DNA of 64,000 nucleotides, taken from positions 114,049 to 178,048 of IMG/VR virus record IMGVR_UViG_3300048672_000512; one strand, given 5' to 3'. Positions 28,740 to 37,015 of this stretch are shown one piece after another. The notes beneath the pieces are model-generated. The model saw nothing but the letters and a program-made list of their open reading frames with translations, was not told where the DNA came from and did not search any database. The DNA is from a virus. Both the position numbers and the translations under genes were made by a program. Numbering within the stretch: position 1 is the first letter of the stretch; the number at the start of each line of letters is the position of its first letter.

Positions 28740-28822
28740 GTATGAAAAATGAAGTGCCCACAAACAATGTGAAAGTCACTAGTGTGGACACTAAAGTCAA
28801 CGCAACTACTGGAGATATTGAT

Positions 28823-29257
28823 ATGACTGTTATTGCATGGGACGGAGAAACACTAGCGGCAGACAGAATGGCACTAGTTGGTAACGTCGGAATGCCGACT
28901 TGCAAAATTGAAGTGTTTCAAGGTGACCTACTTGCTATCACCGGTGACATAGCTTATTGCAATTCAGTAAAACGCTGGTACAAAAGCGATGGTGCGATAT
29001 CTGACTACCCAAGACCGGTAGATGCAGATTCCACAGGGAGACTTATAGTGATACGTAAGGAAGGAGTCTATGAGTATGAGTCAGGACCAGATCCAACCGT
29101 CTTGCGTACTTCTAGATATGCTAGAGGCTCTGGCAGAGACTTTGCACTTACGGCAATGCACCTCGGTAAAAGCGCAGAAGATGCTGTGCGTATAACTTGC
29201 GAACTGTGTACCGACTGTGGTCTGGGTGTGGACTCTATCCGCGCTCCGTGGCTCTGA
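28823..29257 (+). CDS. HslV/proteasome-beta-like Ntn hydrolase
   Basis: Start ATG 28823 with GGAG; MTVIAWDG..LAAD, K, GSG..FA..AM..G.SA..AV motifs. Confidence 0.75.
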   Translation: MTVIAWDGETLAADRMALVGNVGMPTCKIEVFQGDLLAITGDIAYCNSVKRWYKSDGAISDYPRPVDADSTGRLIVIRKEGVYEYESGPDPTVLRTSRYARGSGRDFALTAMHLGKSAEDAVRITCELCTDCGLGVDSIRAPWL

Positions 29258-29287
29258 TTTTTTACTTAAACTACTGGAGATATTGAA

Positions 29288-29857
29288 ATGGAATTTGTCA
29301 GCAACGCAGCACGTACCCCACGAGTCTTTCGCATTCATCAGCGTACGAAAGAAAACAGCGCCATGTGTGTAGAAGTTGTCTACAACAAGGGTGAAGAACG
29401 TCAGGTTGACCGGCTGGTGGAAAGCAGAGAAGCCCCGACCTTGGAAGAAGTTCTGGAATGGGCGGTGCAGCAACGCGCAATTCTTGTCGGCCGTTCTGCA
29501 AAGACACCGTCTCAAGTTCGAGAACTTGAGTTTCAGTTGCCGATTGGCAAGTATCCGTTCTCTCTTGAGCGAACTTCTCACTATGTGACAGCTGCAATTC
29601 AGAACTTCTATCCTCACGTTTTTGAGCAGCGTCAGTATCGAATTCGCATTCGACTTCAAGCGTCAAAAGATTCCAACGGACCTGCTACCGTGCTTTTCAA
29701 TCATGACAACTATCAGGAGCAACTGGAGGCCGAAGTTACAGGTGTAACAAAACCTCTTGGGCGTCGCTATCGTGATGCTGCAAAGTACGTGGAGGAACGC
29801 ACGTTGTGGGGCGTTCCTGTATCGGTTTGCACTCTAGATACTGGAAGCCTCAAGTAA
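29288..29857 (+). CDS. Hypothetical protein
   Basis: GGAG RBS. Confidence 0.7.
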   Translation: MEFVSNAARTPRVFRIHQRTKENSAMCVEVVYNKGEERQVDRLVESREAPTLEEVLEWAVQQRAILVGRSAKTPSQVRELEFQLPIGKYPFSLERTSHYVTAAIQNFYPHVFEQRQYRIRIRLQASKDSNGPATVLFNHDNYQEQLEAEVTGVTKPLGRRYRDAAKYVEERTLWGVPVSVCTLDTGSLK

Positions 29858-29880
29858 GAAACGCACCCATGCTACGGTCA

Positions 29881-29955
29881 CAACCCCCTGAATAGGGGGT
29901 TGTTCGGTTATGTGTAACATGGGTAAACTGAAGGTGCGGGTAGCAAACTACCCGG
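29881..29955 (+). promoter_or_regulatory. Terminator hairpin plus variant repeated promoter
   Basis: CAACCCCC/GGGGGTTG hairpin; TTGTTC-N18-TAAACT GAAGGTG with TGTAAC box and GGGTAG/CTACCC 5' hairpin. Confidence 0.55.
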
Positions 29956-30017
29956 CACACGAAGCCCCAAACAGAACTTGCTGGTTTGCGGGCTGCTCTT
30001 ACCAAGTAAAGCGAGTG

Positions 30018-30056
30018 CATCGCCTGAGGGTTTCAGAAAAGGAACCCTTTGCGATG
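30018..30056 (+). other. Conserved intergenic RNA stem-loop, copy 1
   Basis: CATCGC-CTG-AGGGTTTC-N6-GGAACCCT-TT-GCGATG. Confidence 0.65.
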
Positions 30057-30097
30057 TGTTTGATAGCACATCCTTTGTAGTTTAATCGGGGATTTTC

Positions 30098-30808
30098 ATG
30101 AAGACTCTTTTCGTCTCTAGCGTTGTTCTTTTTGCGGCTTCGGTTTCGGCTGCACCGACGATGAATGGAAATGCAGTGAACAAGGCTTACGTCAGCGGTA
30201 ATTCTTCTGCACACGCAGCAACTAGCGGACCTAGCGGTTTCAGCTACAGCCTTGCGGAAGGCAGGAACGCAGCAACCGCAAACGGAAGTCTTGCCGTTTC
30301 AGAAGTTGGCGGTGTCGGTGGTATCGACTTTTCTGGAAACGTCAAAACCAGCAGCAGCGGTTACGCATTCAACATCGCATCGGAGGGAAGCACAGGTAGT
30401 GCATCACTGACCGGATTGTCAACCGGCTACGTGAAGCTCGGAACTGAATACTATGGTGATGGTCAATGGGTGATCGGCGGTGGATCTGCGGATGCTGGCT
30501 ACTACAGCAACACGAAAGGTGCAACGGTCAACATTGCTGCACAGATGAATAGTGGAGGTCAAGCAAGCGCAGAAGGAGAATTCAAATTCTCAGGTACGGG
30601 TCGCGTAGCTGGAAACTACACAAACCCGACGGGAACAAACCTGACTTCTCAAGTGACAGGAACAGTTGACACTTCGCACAGCTCAGCTGCTACCGTGAAC
30701 ACCGGAACGGTTACGGTTGACAGCAAGCAGCTGACAGCTGCGCAAACGCTGACATCGGTAAGCGACGGGGTTGCACAGGCATGGGCTGAACTGGACGATC
30801 CGCGCTAA
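30098..30808 (+). CDS. Secreted G/S/A/T-rich beta-structured protein
   Basis: Sec signal peptide MKTLFVSSVVLFAASVSA; low-complexity beta repeats. Confidence 0.7.
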   Translation: MKTLFVSSVVLFAASVSAAPTMNGNAVNKAYVSGNSSAHAATSGPSGFSYSLAEGRNAATANGSLAVSEVGGVGGIDFSGNVKTSSSGYAFNIASEGSTGSASLTGLSTGYVKLGTEYYGDGQWVIGGGSADAGYYSNTKGATVNIAAQMNSGGQASAEGEFKFSGTGRVAGNYTNPTGTNLTSQVTGTVDTSHSSAATVNTGTVTVDSKQLTAAQTLTSVSDGVAQAWAELDDPR

Positions 30809-30826
30809 GACATAGCTTAGCAAGTT

Positions 30827-30885
30827 GTTACAAACTGTTACACTTTAGTTCTTGACAGAACGGGTGTAACAGTTTTAGACTGAAA
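30827..30885 (+). promoter_or_regulatory. Repeated sigma70-like promoter with tandem GTTACA boxes
   Basis: GTTACAAACTGTTACACTTTAGTTC-TTGACA-N18-TAGACT. Confidence 0.85.
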
Positions 30886-30940
30886 TCGCGGGTAGCGCGA
30901 TTCGCTACCAAAACGCTTAAAGCGCCTTGAGGTAATATCC

Positions 30941-31870
30941 ATGAACTCGAAGATCATTGCAGCGGCTGTCCTTTCTCTGTTTGCGGTTTCTGCTTATGCT
31001 GCAGATACGCTTTCCAACGGGACAGCTGTTGACAGTAAGGGTGAAGCAACCGCGAACAACACCGGAGTTGAGAACGGTCTGACGCAGAATTCACGTTCAA
31101 CCACCAACATGTTCAACTTTCCGCAAGCTGTGCAACCTGGCATGGTTGCAGGAAACACGCGATGCACAAATCATGGAGTCAATTCGTACGGGATTTTGTG
31201 GAATCTGGTTTCCTTTTCCAACCCGGAACACTTGAAGGACGCGGACTGCGATGTCGGCGAAGATATCAAGTACCTGACTATCACCTGCCAATTCAAGACA
31301 GCTGCAGACCTGTTGACGCTGCACCTCAACAAGAAGTATCCAGACTTGCATGCAGTGACTGCAGACGGTTCTACAAACCTGAAGTTGGAAGACTGCTTCA
31401 AGAAACAGGTTGCAGTACCGCAAGCGCCGATCACGGTCGCGCCGCAACCAGAAGCAAAGATTGAAGTTCGCAAGGAAACGGTGGTGGAGCGCATTGTTTC
31501 CAAGACAATAATGCTGGATGCTGGTGCGATGTTTCATTCGGCCAAAGACACGCTACAACCTGAAGCTGTGTCATATCTGAAAAGCAAGCTTGCCGTTCTT
31601 GCAAACTTGAAGAATGTGAAGGTTGTACGTATTCATGGGCATACCGACGATGTCGGTTCTCTGCAATACAATCAGAAACTCTCGGAGCGTCGAGCGCAAA
31701 CGGCCGCTGCAATTCTTCGCAGCCTGGGTTTTGAAGTGTCACCCGAAGTAGTTGTCGGCTACGGAAAAACGCGTCCAGTCGTCACCAACGACTCTGAAAC
31801 GGGTCGCGCAATGAATCGGCGTGTCGAGATAGAAGTGACTGGTTCCGAAACGGTGTCGGAAACCAAGTAA
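30941..31870 (+). CDS. Exported OmpA C-like (peptidoglycan-binding) protein
   Basis: Signal peptide; IHGHTDDVG..YNQKLSERRA, GYGKTRP, RAMNRRVEI. Confidence 0.9.
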   Translation: MNSKIIAAAVLSLFAVSAYAADTLSNGTAVDSKGEATANNTGVENGLTQNSRSTTNMFNFPQAVQPGMVAGNTRCTNHGVNSYGILWNLVSFSNPEHLKDADCDVGEDIKYLTITCQFKTAADLLTLHLNKKYPDLHAVTADGSTNLKLEDCFKKQVAVPQAPITVAPQPEAKIEVRKETVVERIVSKTIMLDAGAMFHSAKDTLQPEAVSYLKSKLAVLANLKNVKVVRIHGHTDDVGSLQYNQKLSERRAQTAAAILRSLGFEVSPEVVVGYGKTRPVVTNDSETGRAMNRRVEIEVTGSETVSETK

Positions 31871-31877
31871 GGAAACC

Positions 31878-31910
31878 AACGGGGACTCTAGAGTCCCCGT
31901 TCTCTTTAGG
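31878..31910 (+). terminator. Terminator after the OmpA-like gene
   Basis: AACGGGGAC-TCTAGA-GTCCCCGTT-CTCTTT. Confidence 0.65.
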
Positions 31911-31917
31911 AGTACAA

Positions 31918-32133
31918 ATGGCAAAGCAACAAGAGCTTCCCGGTGATATTGAAATCAGTATCAAGCTTACCGGCAACCTTTCTGCCTTCAACTACATTCG
32001 TGATGCCTTAGCTGAGCGCCCGTATAGAGAAGTAAAGCTTCTGGTGGCAGCGCTTGAAGCCTCCATTCAGGAGGGAATTGCAAAAGCAACGTCCAAGACA
32101 GCAGATCAAATCTTTGGTGAAGGTGCACAATGA
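31918..32133 (+). CDS. Hypothetical protein
   Basis: AGGAG RBS. Confidence 0.65.
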   Translation: MAKQQELPGDIEISIKLTGNLSAFNYIRDALAERPYREVKLLVAALEASIQEGIAKATSKTADQIFGEGAQ

Positions 32134-32324
32134 AAGCTTCAGTCAGCATCAGCATTGAATTCCGCGAACTTCCAATGGAAAAGGAAAGGGCTGCCGAGAT
32201 CATCATGCGTACCCTGCAGCAACTAGCAGGAGGTGTGAACTCGCAAAACGAACACCTGAAGATTCGTTCTCTTTCTCGCATTGAAGTCTTGCGCCAATTG
32301 GAGCTGCACGGCAAGGGCGACTGA
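32130..32324 (+). CDS. Hypothetical protein
   Basis: ATGA overlap with the previous gene. Confidence 0.6.
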   Translation: MKASVSISIEFRELPMEKERAAEIIMRTLQQLAGGVNSQNEHLKIRSLSRIEVLRQLELHGKGD

Positions 32325-32367
32325 CACGGTGTCAGCAAGTTAGCAGAGCAACCTGAGGAAATACATC

Positions 32368-32937
32368 ATGAAGATTATTGAGAACTGCAAGCTTCCGTCA
32401 CTGAAGCGACTGCAGAAGGGTGCAATGTTTCAGGAAATCAATGCTGCGTTCAAGGAAGATCCTGTTTGGAAGACTCATGGAGCTGCAGGTCACATAGCAG
32501 TCACAAGACGCAAGGATCCATTGGTTGCCAAGATACTTGCACGCTTGCCTTCTTGGTGTCATGACGTTACGTGCATGCTGGTTGCGGACTTTGCCTGGCC
32601 GCATACAGACCTCTTCTGGAAAGACAAGTATATCTTTACACTGGTGCTTGAAGGAAACCACCAATTCATTGATGCGAAGTACAACCTTGCAGAGAGTAAA
32701 GGTACGCAGCCGAGTGTATGGGCAAACGGCTGCAGCACAGACAGGGGCTCTATCTTTGTTGTAGACCCAAGAGTCATGCATTGGCTAAAGCCGATAGACT
32801 CTATGGTAGACGACATCTTTGTGTCTCTGCAGTGGGAGGTTGACAGAAAGAATGCAGCGGAGTTTGCACGCAACCTATTGCAGGCTTGTGGTGGAACACA
32901 CTGCGAGAACTCACGGTATTCAAAGTGGTTTGAGTAA
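32368..32937 (+). CDS. Putative 2OG-Fe(II) oxygenase / cupin-like protein
   Basis: PHTD (HxD), then beta-strands FTLVL, GSIFVVD, and distal MHW. Confidence 0.55.
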   Translation: MKIIENCKLPSLKRLQKGAMFQEINAAFKEDPVWKTHGAAGHIAVTRRKDPLVAKILARLPSWCHDVTCMLVADFAWPHTDLFWKDKYIFTLVLEGNHQFIDAKYNLAESKGTQPSVWANGCSTDRGSIFVVDPRVMHWLKPIDSMVDDIFVSLQWEVDRKNAAEFARNLLQACGGTHCENSRYSKWFE

Positions 32938-32948
32938 AGGAGAAAGCT

Positions 32949-33200
32949 ATGAAAGCGAAGAGAAGGACAGACGACGCGCAACGGCTGGAAGCACCAATTC
33001 TAAAACCGATTCCGGTAATGCGACCGTATCGAGTTGTTGTCTACATGAAGCATGAAGACAAACAACGTGTTGAGCTTATGCACTGTCACCCGACAGTGTT
33101 TTATTCAAAGCTTGAAATGAGCCTTGTAGCTATCGGCTATACCAAGCAAATGGCAGCTGAAGCTTACGAGAAAATCTCTGAAGAACTTGTTGGAGATTGA
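32949..33200 (+). CDS. Hypothetical protein
   Basis: AAGGAG RBS. Confidence 0.65.
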   Translation: MKAKRRTDDAQRLEAPILKPIPVMRPYRVVVYMKHEDKQRVELMHCHPTVFYSKLEMSLVAIGYTKQMAAEAYEKISEELVGD

Positions 33201-33201
33201 A

Positions 33202-33474
33202 ATGTCTTTCCTACGCCTGATCGAACTTGCAGAACGCAACATTGAAGAGCTGGAGTCTCACGCTATTGCACACATGCCCACCATGAAGGCTGGTGTCAGC
33301 CATAGCGTGCTTATCAGCAATCAGAAGCAAATTCTGCAAGAGTTGAAGCAAAAGCTGACGGCTCTTGTTGACAGTGCAGAAGTAGCAACCGTCGCTACGC
33401 AACAGGAACCGAAAGTTGATCAGCAGAACTTCGAGCTTATTGATGAACAACTCACAGAAGAAGTCCACCCGTAA
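33202..33474 (+). CDS. Hypothetical coiled-coil protein
   Basis: ATG 33202 with GGAG. Confidence 0.6.
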   Translation: MSFLRLIELAERNIEELESHAIAHMPTMKAGVSHSVLISNQKQILQELKQKLTALVDSAEVATVATQQEPKVDQQNFELIDEQLTEEVHP

Positions 33475-33645
33475 GCGTTCAAAGATTCCAGAGTACATCA
33501 TGCCATTCGACAAGCGTGTGTTCTACTTCGGAGTCTTTGAATCGCAAATTGTACAGCGGCGTGTTGACGCGTCTGACAAGTCGGTTCCTCAATTGCACAA
33601 CCATGTGCGTGCGCCGAACTCGGTGTTTGACCAAGAAAGAATGAC

Positions 33646-33918
33646 ATGCGTGTAAACCAAGCAGAAGGTATTGCAACCGACACAAACTTTCAATACCTGA
33701 ATCCACTTACGCATACACCGCCGCTCGGCGTCAAGATAAACATTCTGACAATCGGCGGCGTGAACATTCAGGGGATGTGGCCTTCAGCATGGAAGGAAGC
33801 CACATCCCCTGAAATCGCTTGGGCGCCTCTTCTTTCTACACCAGCGTGGGCAAAGAAGAAGATATATGATCGTTATGTCAACAGCGAGAAGAAATCATGT
33901 CAGTCTCAATGCGAGTAG
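33646..33918 (+). CDS. Small phage protein (TPP.G.K..LT.GG..G.W..AWAPL type)
   Basis: Motif resembles DUF551-like phage domains. Confidence 0.55.
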   Translation: MRVNQAEGIATDTNFQYLNPLTHTPPLGVKINILTIGGVNIQGMWPSAWKEATSPEIAWAPLLSTPAWAKKKIYDRYVNSEKKSCQSQCE

Positions 33919-34547
33919 GTATCGACTTCAACTGCAACCTGTACATGAATCTGGCGGGTGACGACTCTAGTATTAGTCTTGTTGGCTACCAGTTTCCGCT
34001 TCCTTTTGCAGTGCAAGAGGCTATTCTGTGCTATAAAGACCTTTCGACGATTGTTGTGTCAAGGGTACTTGATATTCTCAAGGAGGACATGGGTATCGTA
34101 AGCGCGGACAGTGACCACAAAGCAGACGAACCTGAGGCTGCCGGTTTTGAACTAGGCGAGTGGTTGAAGCTAAATAGAGAGGAACTTCTTTTCTGTGCCA
34201 AGGAACTCAGTAGCATTGCTGTTGACGGAAAGCTGGAAACTGCAGCGCTTGAGTCGGAATGCGATTCATGCTGTTCTGAAGTGATGCAGGACATACGAAC
34301 GCTTAGTTCCCATGTTCGCAACAATGACGGCAGTCCTAATGTTGTCTTTCCGAACGCGGTAGCAGAGTACCAGCGGCTACTAAACAGGCTCAACCGCTGG
34401 CAAGAACTTGTAATGGAGCTTGGTAAGTTGGAGGGTAAAGTTCATCAAGACAATCGCGCCTTTCAAATCAGACTACTAAGTGTAGCTAGTGACAGGCTTA
34501 TCGAACTTCGCTCAATCATGCGTATTACAGAAGGAGAAACAAAATGA
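33897..34547 (+). CDS. Hypothetical protein
   Basis: Packed ORF. Confidence 0.6.
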   Translation: MSVSMRVGIDFNCNLYMNLAGDDSSISLVGYQFPLPFAVQEAILCYKDLSTIVVSRVLDILKEDMGIVSADSDHKADEPEAAGFELGEWLKLNREELLFCAKELSSIAVDGKLETAALESECDSCCSEVMQDIRTLSSHVRNNDGSPNVVFPNAVAEYQRLLNRLNRWQELVMELGKLEGKVHQDNRAFQIRLLSVASDRLIELRSIMRITEGETK

Positions 34548-34771
34548 CACCAGAAGAGCGTATGCAACTCATTGATCAGTTGAATCGATCTTTTGAGGCT
34601 GCCCCGCAGTGGGTTAAGGTAGCTGCAAAACATGCAATCGGTTACCCAGAGGCGAACCCGGAAACCGGGAAGCCATTCGGAAGCTTCAAAGAAGTTCTTG
34701 AAGCTGCTGCGGATAGCACACTAGAAATGCTGCGTGACGACTTTGACGACAATGGTGACTTGATTTACTAG
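34544..34771 (+). CDS. Hypothetical protein
   Basis: AAGGAG RBS, ATGA overlap. Confidence 0.65.
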   Translation: MTPEERMQLIDQLNRSFEAAPQWVKVAAKHAIGYPEANPETGKPFGSFKEVLEAAADSTLEMLRDDFDDNGDLIY

Positions 34772-34778
34772 TCAGTAC

Positions 34779-34825
34779 AAACCCCACTATCTACTTGCTA
34801 GGTACGTGGGGTTTGTCGCTTCTGC
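34779..34825 (+). terminator. Hairpin with GGGGTTTGTCGCTTCTGC tail
   Basis: AAACCCCAC...GTGGGGTTT; same tail as 17860 and 43696. Confidence 0.65.
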
Positions 34826-34888
34826 GTTACAAACTGTTACACTTTAGTTCTTGACAGAGAGTTTGTAACAGGAGTAAACTGAAGGTGT
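34826..34888 (+). promoter_or_regulatory. Repeated promoter
   Basis: GTTACAAACTGTTACACTTTAGTTC-TTGACA-N18-TAAACT GAAGGTG. Confidence 0.88.
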
Positions 34889-34921
34889 GGACACTGTTGT
34901 CCGAACGAACTGGAGATAGAC

Positions 34922-35152
34922 ATGACACGCGACGTTGACACTTTCGTTGCTCAGAACGTTAGCAACTTCCAAGCTAACGAAGACTTTGACGGCGCCGGCA
35001 TTCTTGAGTTTGAAGAGTTTGCGGGGTCTTCAATAAATGTGGACTACGCAGATAACATCGGCGGCATGCTTATCTATTACTCTGGTCAAAACGGCGAACT
35101 GGTTGCTTGGTACGACTACGAAAACGGCGACGGGTTTGCTCCTGTGAAGTAA
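34922..35152 (+). CDS. Hypothetical acidic protein
   Basis: GGAG RBS, first gene after the promoter. Confidence 0.7.
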   Translation: MTRDVDTFVAQNVSNFQANEDFDGAGILEFEEFAGSSINVDYADNIGGMLIYYSGQNGELVAWYDYENGDGFAPVK

Positions 35153-35157
35153 GAATC

Positions 35158-35196
35158 TACAGCCTGAGGGTTTCTTTTCAGGAACCCTTTGCTGTA
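35158..35196 (+). other. Conserved intergenic RNA stem-loop, copy 2
   Basis: TACAGC-CTG-AGGGTTTC-N6-GGAACCCT-TT-GCTGTA; outer helix covaries with copy 1. Confidence 0.65.
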
Positions 35197-35218
35197 TGTT
35201 CCAGCGAGTGAGGATGCA

Positions 35219-35572
35219 ATGCTGAAGACTGTTGTTCAAACCAGTCACGTTTCAACCGTGAATCTTGTCGTCAAGACGACGCTTTCTAGCCGTGAGATTG
35301 AAGGTTGCTTTCTTCTGTACTTTGATCGCGCCGAAGAAGCGCGTTTGCTGCGTCAGAACAGCTCTTCTGATCACTGGCCGGAAATCAACAAGTCAATGGT
35401 GAAGTATGTCACCACGTGGGCGCTGTTCAACTTTGGAATTCTGGAAATTCAAAGCGCAGCAAGCGTAAACACCGTGCACAAGGTTGTGTCTAGCGACACG
35501 CTGCTTTCTCGTCAGGAAATCCTGCGTTGGGTTTCCAAGTTTGTCAAAACTGAAGCAAGGAGATTCAAATGA
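35219..35572 (+). CDS. Hypothetical protein
   Basis: GAGGA RBS. Confidence 0.6.
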   Translation: MLKTVVQTSHVSTVNLVVKTTLSSREIEGCFLLYFDRAEEARLLRQNSSSDHWPEINKSMVKYVTTWALFNFGILEIQSAASVNTVHKVVSSDTLLSRQEILRWVSKFVKTEARRFK

Positions 35573-35856
35573 GTAACAAGTACGCAAACCGCGACTTCAC
35601 TCCGATGTGGCTGTACCATCTTCCTTTCCATACGTACCTGTCCTTCTGCGCTGCTGACTACATCACGGACGACTTCGGACGCTCTGTCGAAAGCAACTCG
35701 GCTGTCTACGGGATTGAAGACGACGATGCAGTCAACAGTTTTGTTGAAGAGGCTTACGGCCACATTCTCTATCCTGAGTATCGTGTTGTTGACAAGCCTG
35801 AGGTTATGAGCTGCACTGAGCATACGCAGTACCCTGAATACCGCGTGATTCGTTAA
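35569..35856 (+). CDS. Hypothetical protein
   Basis: AAGGAG RBS. Confidence 0.65.
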   Translation: MSNKYANRDFTPMWLYHLPFHTYLSFCAADYITDDFGRSVESNSAVYGIEDDDAVNSFVEEAYGHILYPEYRVVDKPEVMSCTEHTQYPEYRVIR

Positions 35857-35916
35857 TCGTGTTTCTGCGTGGTTGCTAAACCAGCAACCACGCACCTTTC
35901 CATCAAGGAGAAAATC

Positions 35917-36252
35917 ATGTCGTATTTCATCATCACAGTCACACGCAAGGAAAACGGTTTTGATGTGACGCAGTATCTTGAAAAAGGAGAGTGGACTGAG
36001 TTTGACTGGTCTAGCTCTATCAAGAACGCATTAGAGTTCTCAACTCAAAGCGAAGCGCGGGAAACTTTGAACTTGGTATTAGGTCAAAGTCGTGAGTTCG
36101 ACGGAAGATACCCGTCAAGTCTTATACACAGCGGCTTGGGGCTTAACCGCGCAAAGCCTACTGGCAAAGCTACATTCAAAATCCTTCTGTGCACAGATCC
36201 TGTCGAAGTACACGCACAAGAGCATGCTGATGTAATCCACTTTGATGTATAA
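35917..36252 (+). CDS. Hypothetical protein
   Basis: AAGGAG RBS; preceded by a perfect 12-bp hairpin at 35866-35894. Confidence 0.65.
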   Translation: MSYFIITVTRKENGFDVTQYLEKGEWTEFDWSSSIKNALEFSTQSEARETLNLVLGQSREFDGRYPSSLIHSGLGLNRAKPTGKATFKILLCTDPVEVHAQEHADVIHFDV

Positions 36253-36263
36253 AGGAATGCATC

Positions 36264-36500
36264 ATGAAGATGATAACTGAACACTTTGAGTACCTGAAGC
36301 AGGCTGTTGAAGGCCTTGACACTGAAAATACTCGTGCCAGGTACATCGCCTCAGGGCTGACAACAAAGCGTTATCAATGGGACATTGTCCGAGAGGCTAA
36401 CTTGACTCCGTGGGTCTGCAAAGTTTTGTATGTGTACCTTGACGACACGCACATACAAACAGCACTAGACCGCGTCATTCCACCGCTTCAAGCCTCCTGA
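36264..36500 (+). CDS. Hypothetical protein
   Basis: AAGGA RBS. Confidence 0.65.
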   Translation: MKMITEHFEYLKQAVEGLDTENTRARYIASGLTTKRYQWDIVREANLTPWVCKVLYVYLDDTHIQTALDRVIPPLQAS

Positions 36501-36517
36501 GCCAAAAGGTACGAATC

Positions 36518-36817
36518 ATGAAAACAGAAAACTCCCTTCAGTATGCTTTTCGCAAGGTTGGGCTTGCAAGTTCAGAGAAGGCGACTGAAACGCAGCAACC
36601 TAAAAAGAAGGTAGCTAGGCAGTACAGGTACAGAAACCTGCCATGTTCTATTCGACCCGACAACCAGCTGTGGTGCGTTAGCGGCTACGATACCAAGTCT
36701 GGAGCTAGCGGGATTCTGGAATGGTGCTACGACGAAATCGACGCAAACTTTGTAATGAACACCATGTTGACGTGCGGTCACTTTGCAGACCTCAAAGCAG
36801 AAAAGTATGCATCATGA
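36518..36817 (+). CDS. Hypothetical protein
   Basis: AAGGT RBS. Confidence 0.6.
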   Translation: MKTENSLQYAFRKVGLASSEKATETQQPKKKVARQYRYRNLPCSIRPDNQLWCVSGYDTKSGASGILEWCYDEIDANFVMNTMLTCGHFADLKAEKYAS

Positions 36818-36826
36818 AAGACTAGG

Positions 36827-37012
36827 ATGCACTGGATACGAAAACGCGGAAGCCGGAGTCGGCTTCTACGCAGAACCAACAAAACGAGCATTCTAGTGCG
36901 AGGTAGCTTTGCAGCACCAATAAAGCGCGCAGGCGAACACAAAGGTGGAATGCGTTTGCTGACGCATTACCGAATACAACCCTGGGAAACATGGAAGTCT
37001 GACAAGGAATAA
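36827..37012 (+). CDS. Hypothetical basic protein
   Basis: Fills the gap between packed genes. Confidence 0.4.
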   Translation: MHWIRKRGSRSRLLRRTNKTSILVRGSFAAPIKRAGEHKGGMRLLTHYRIQPWETWKSDKE

Positions 37013-37015
37013 ATC

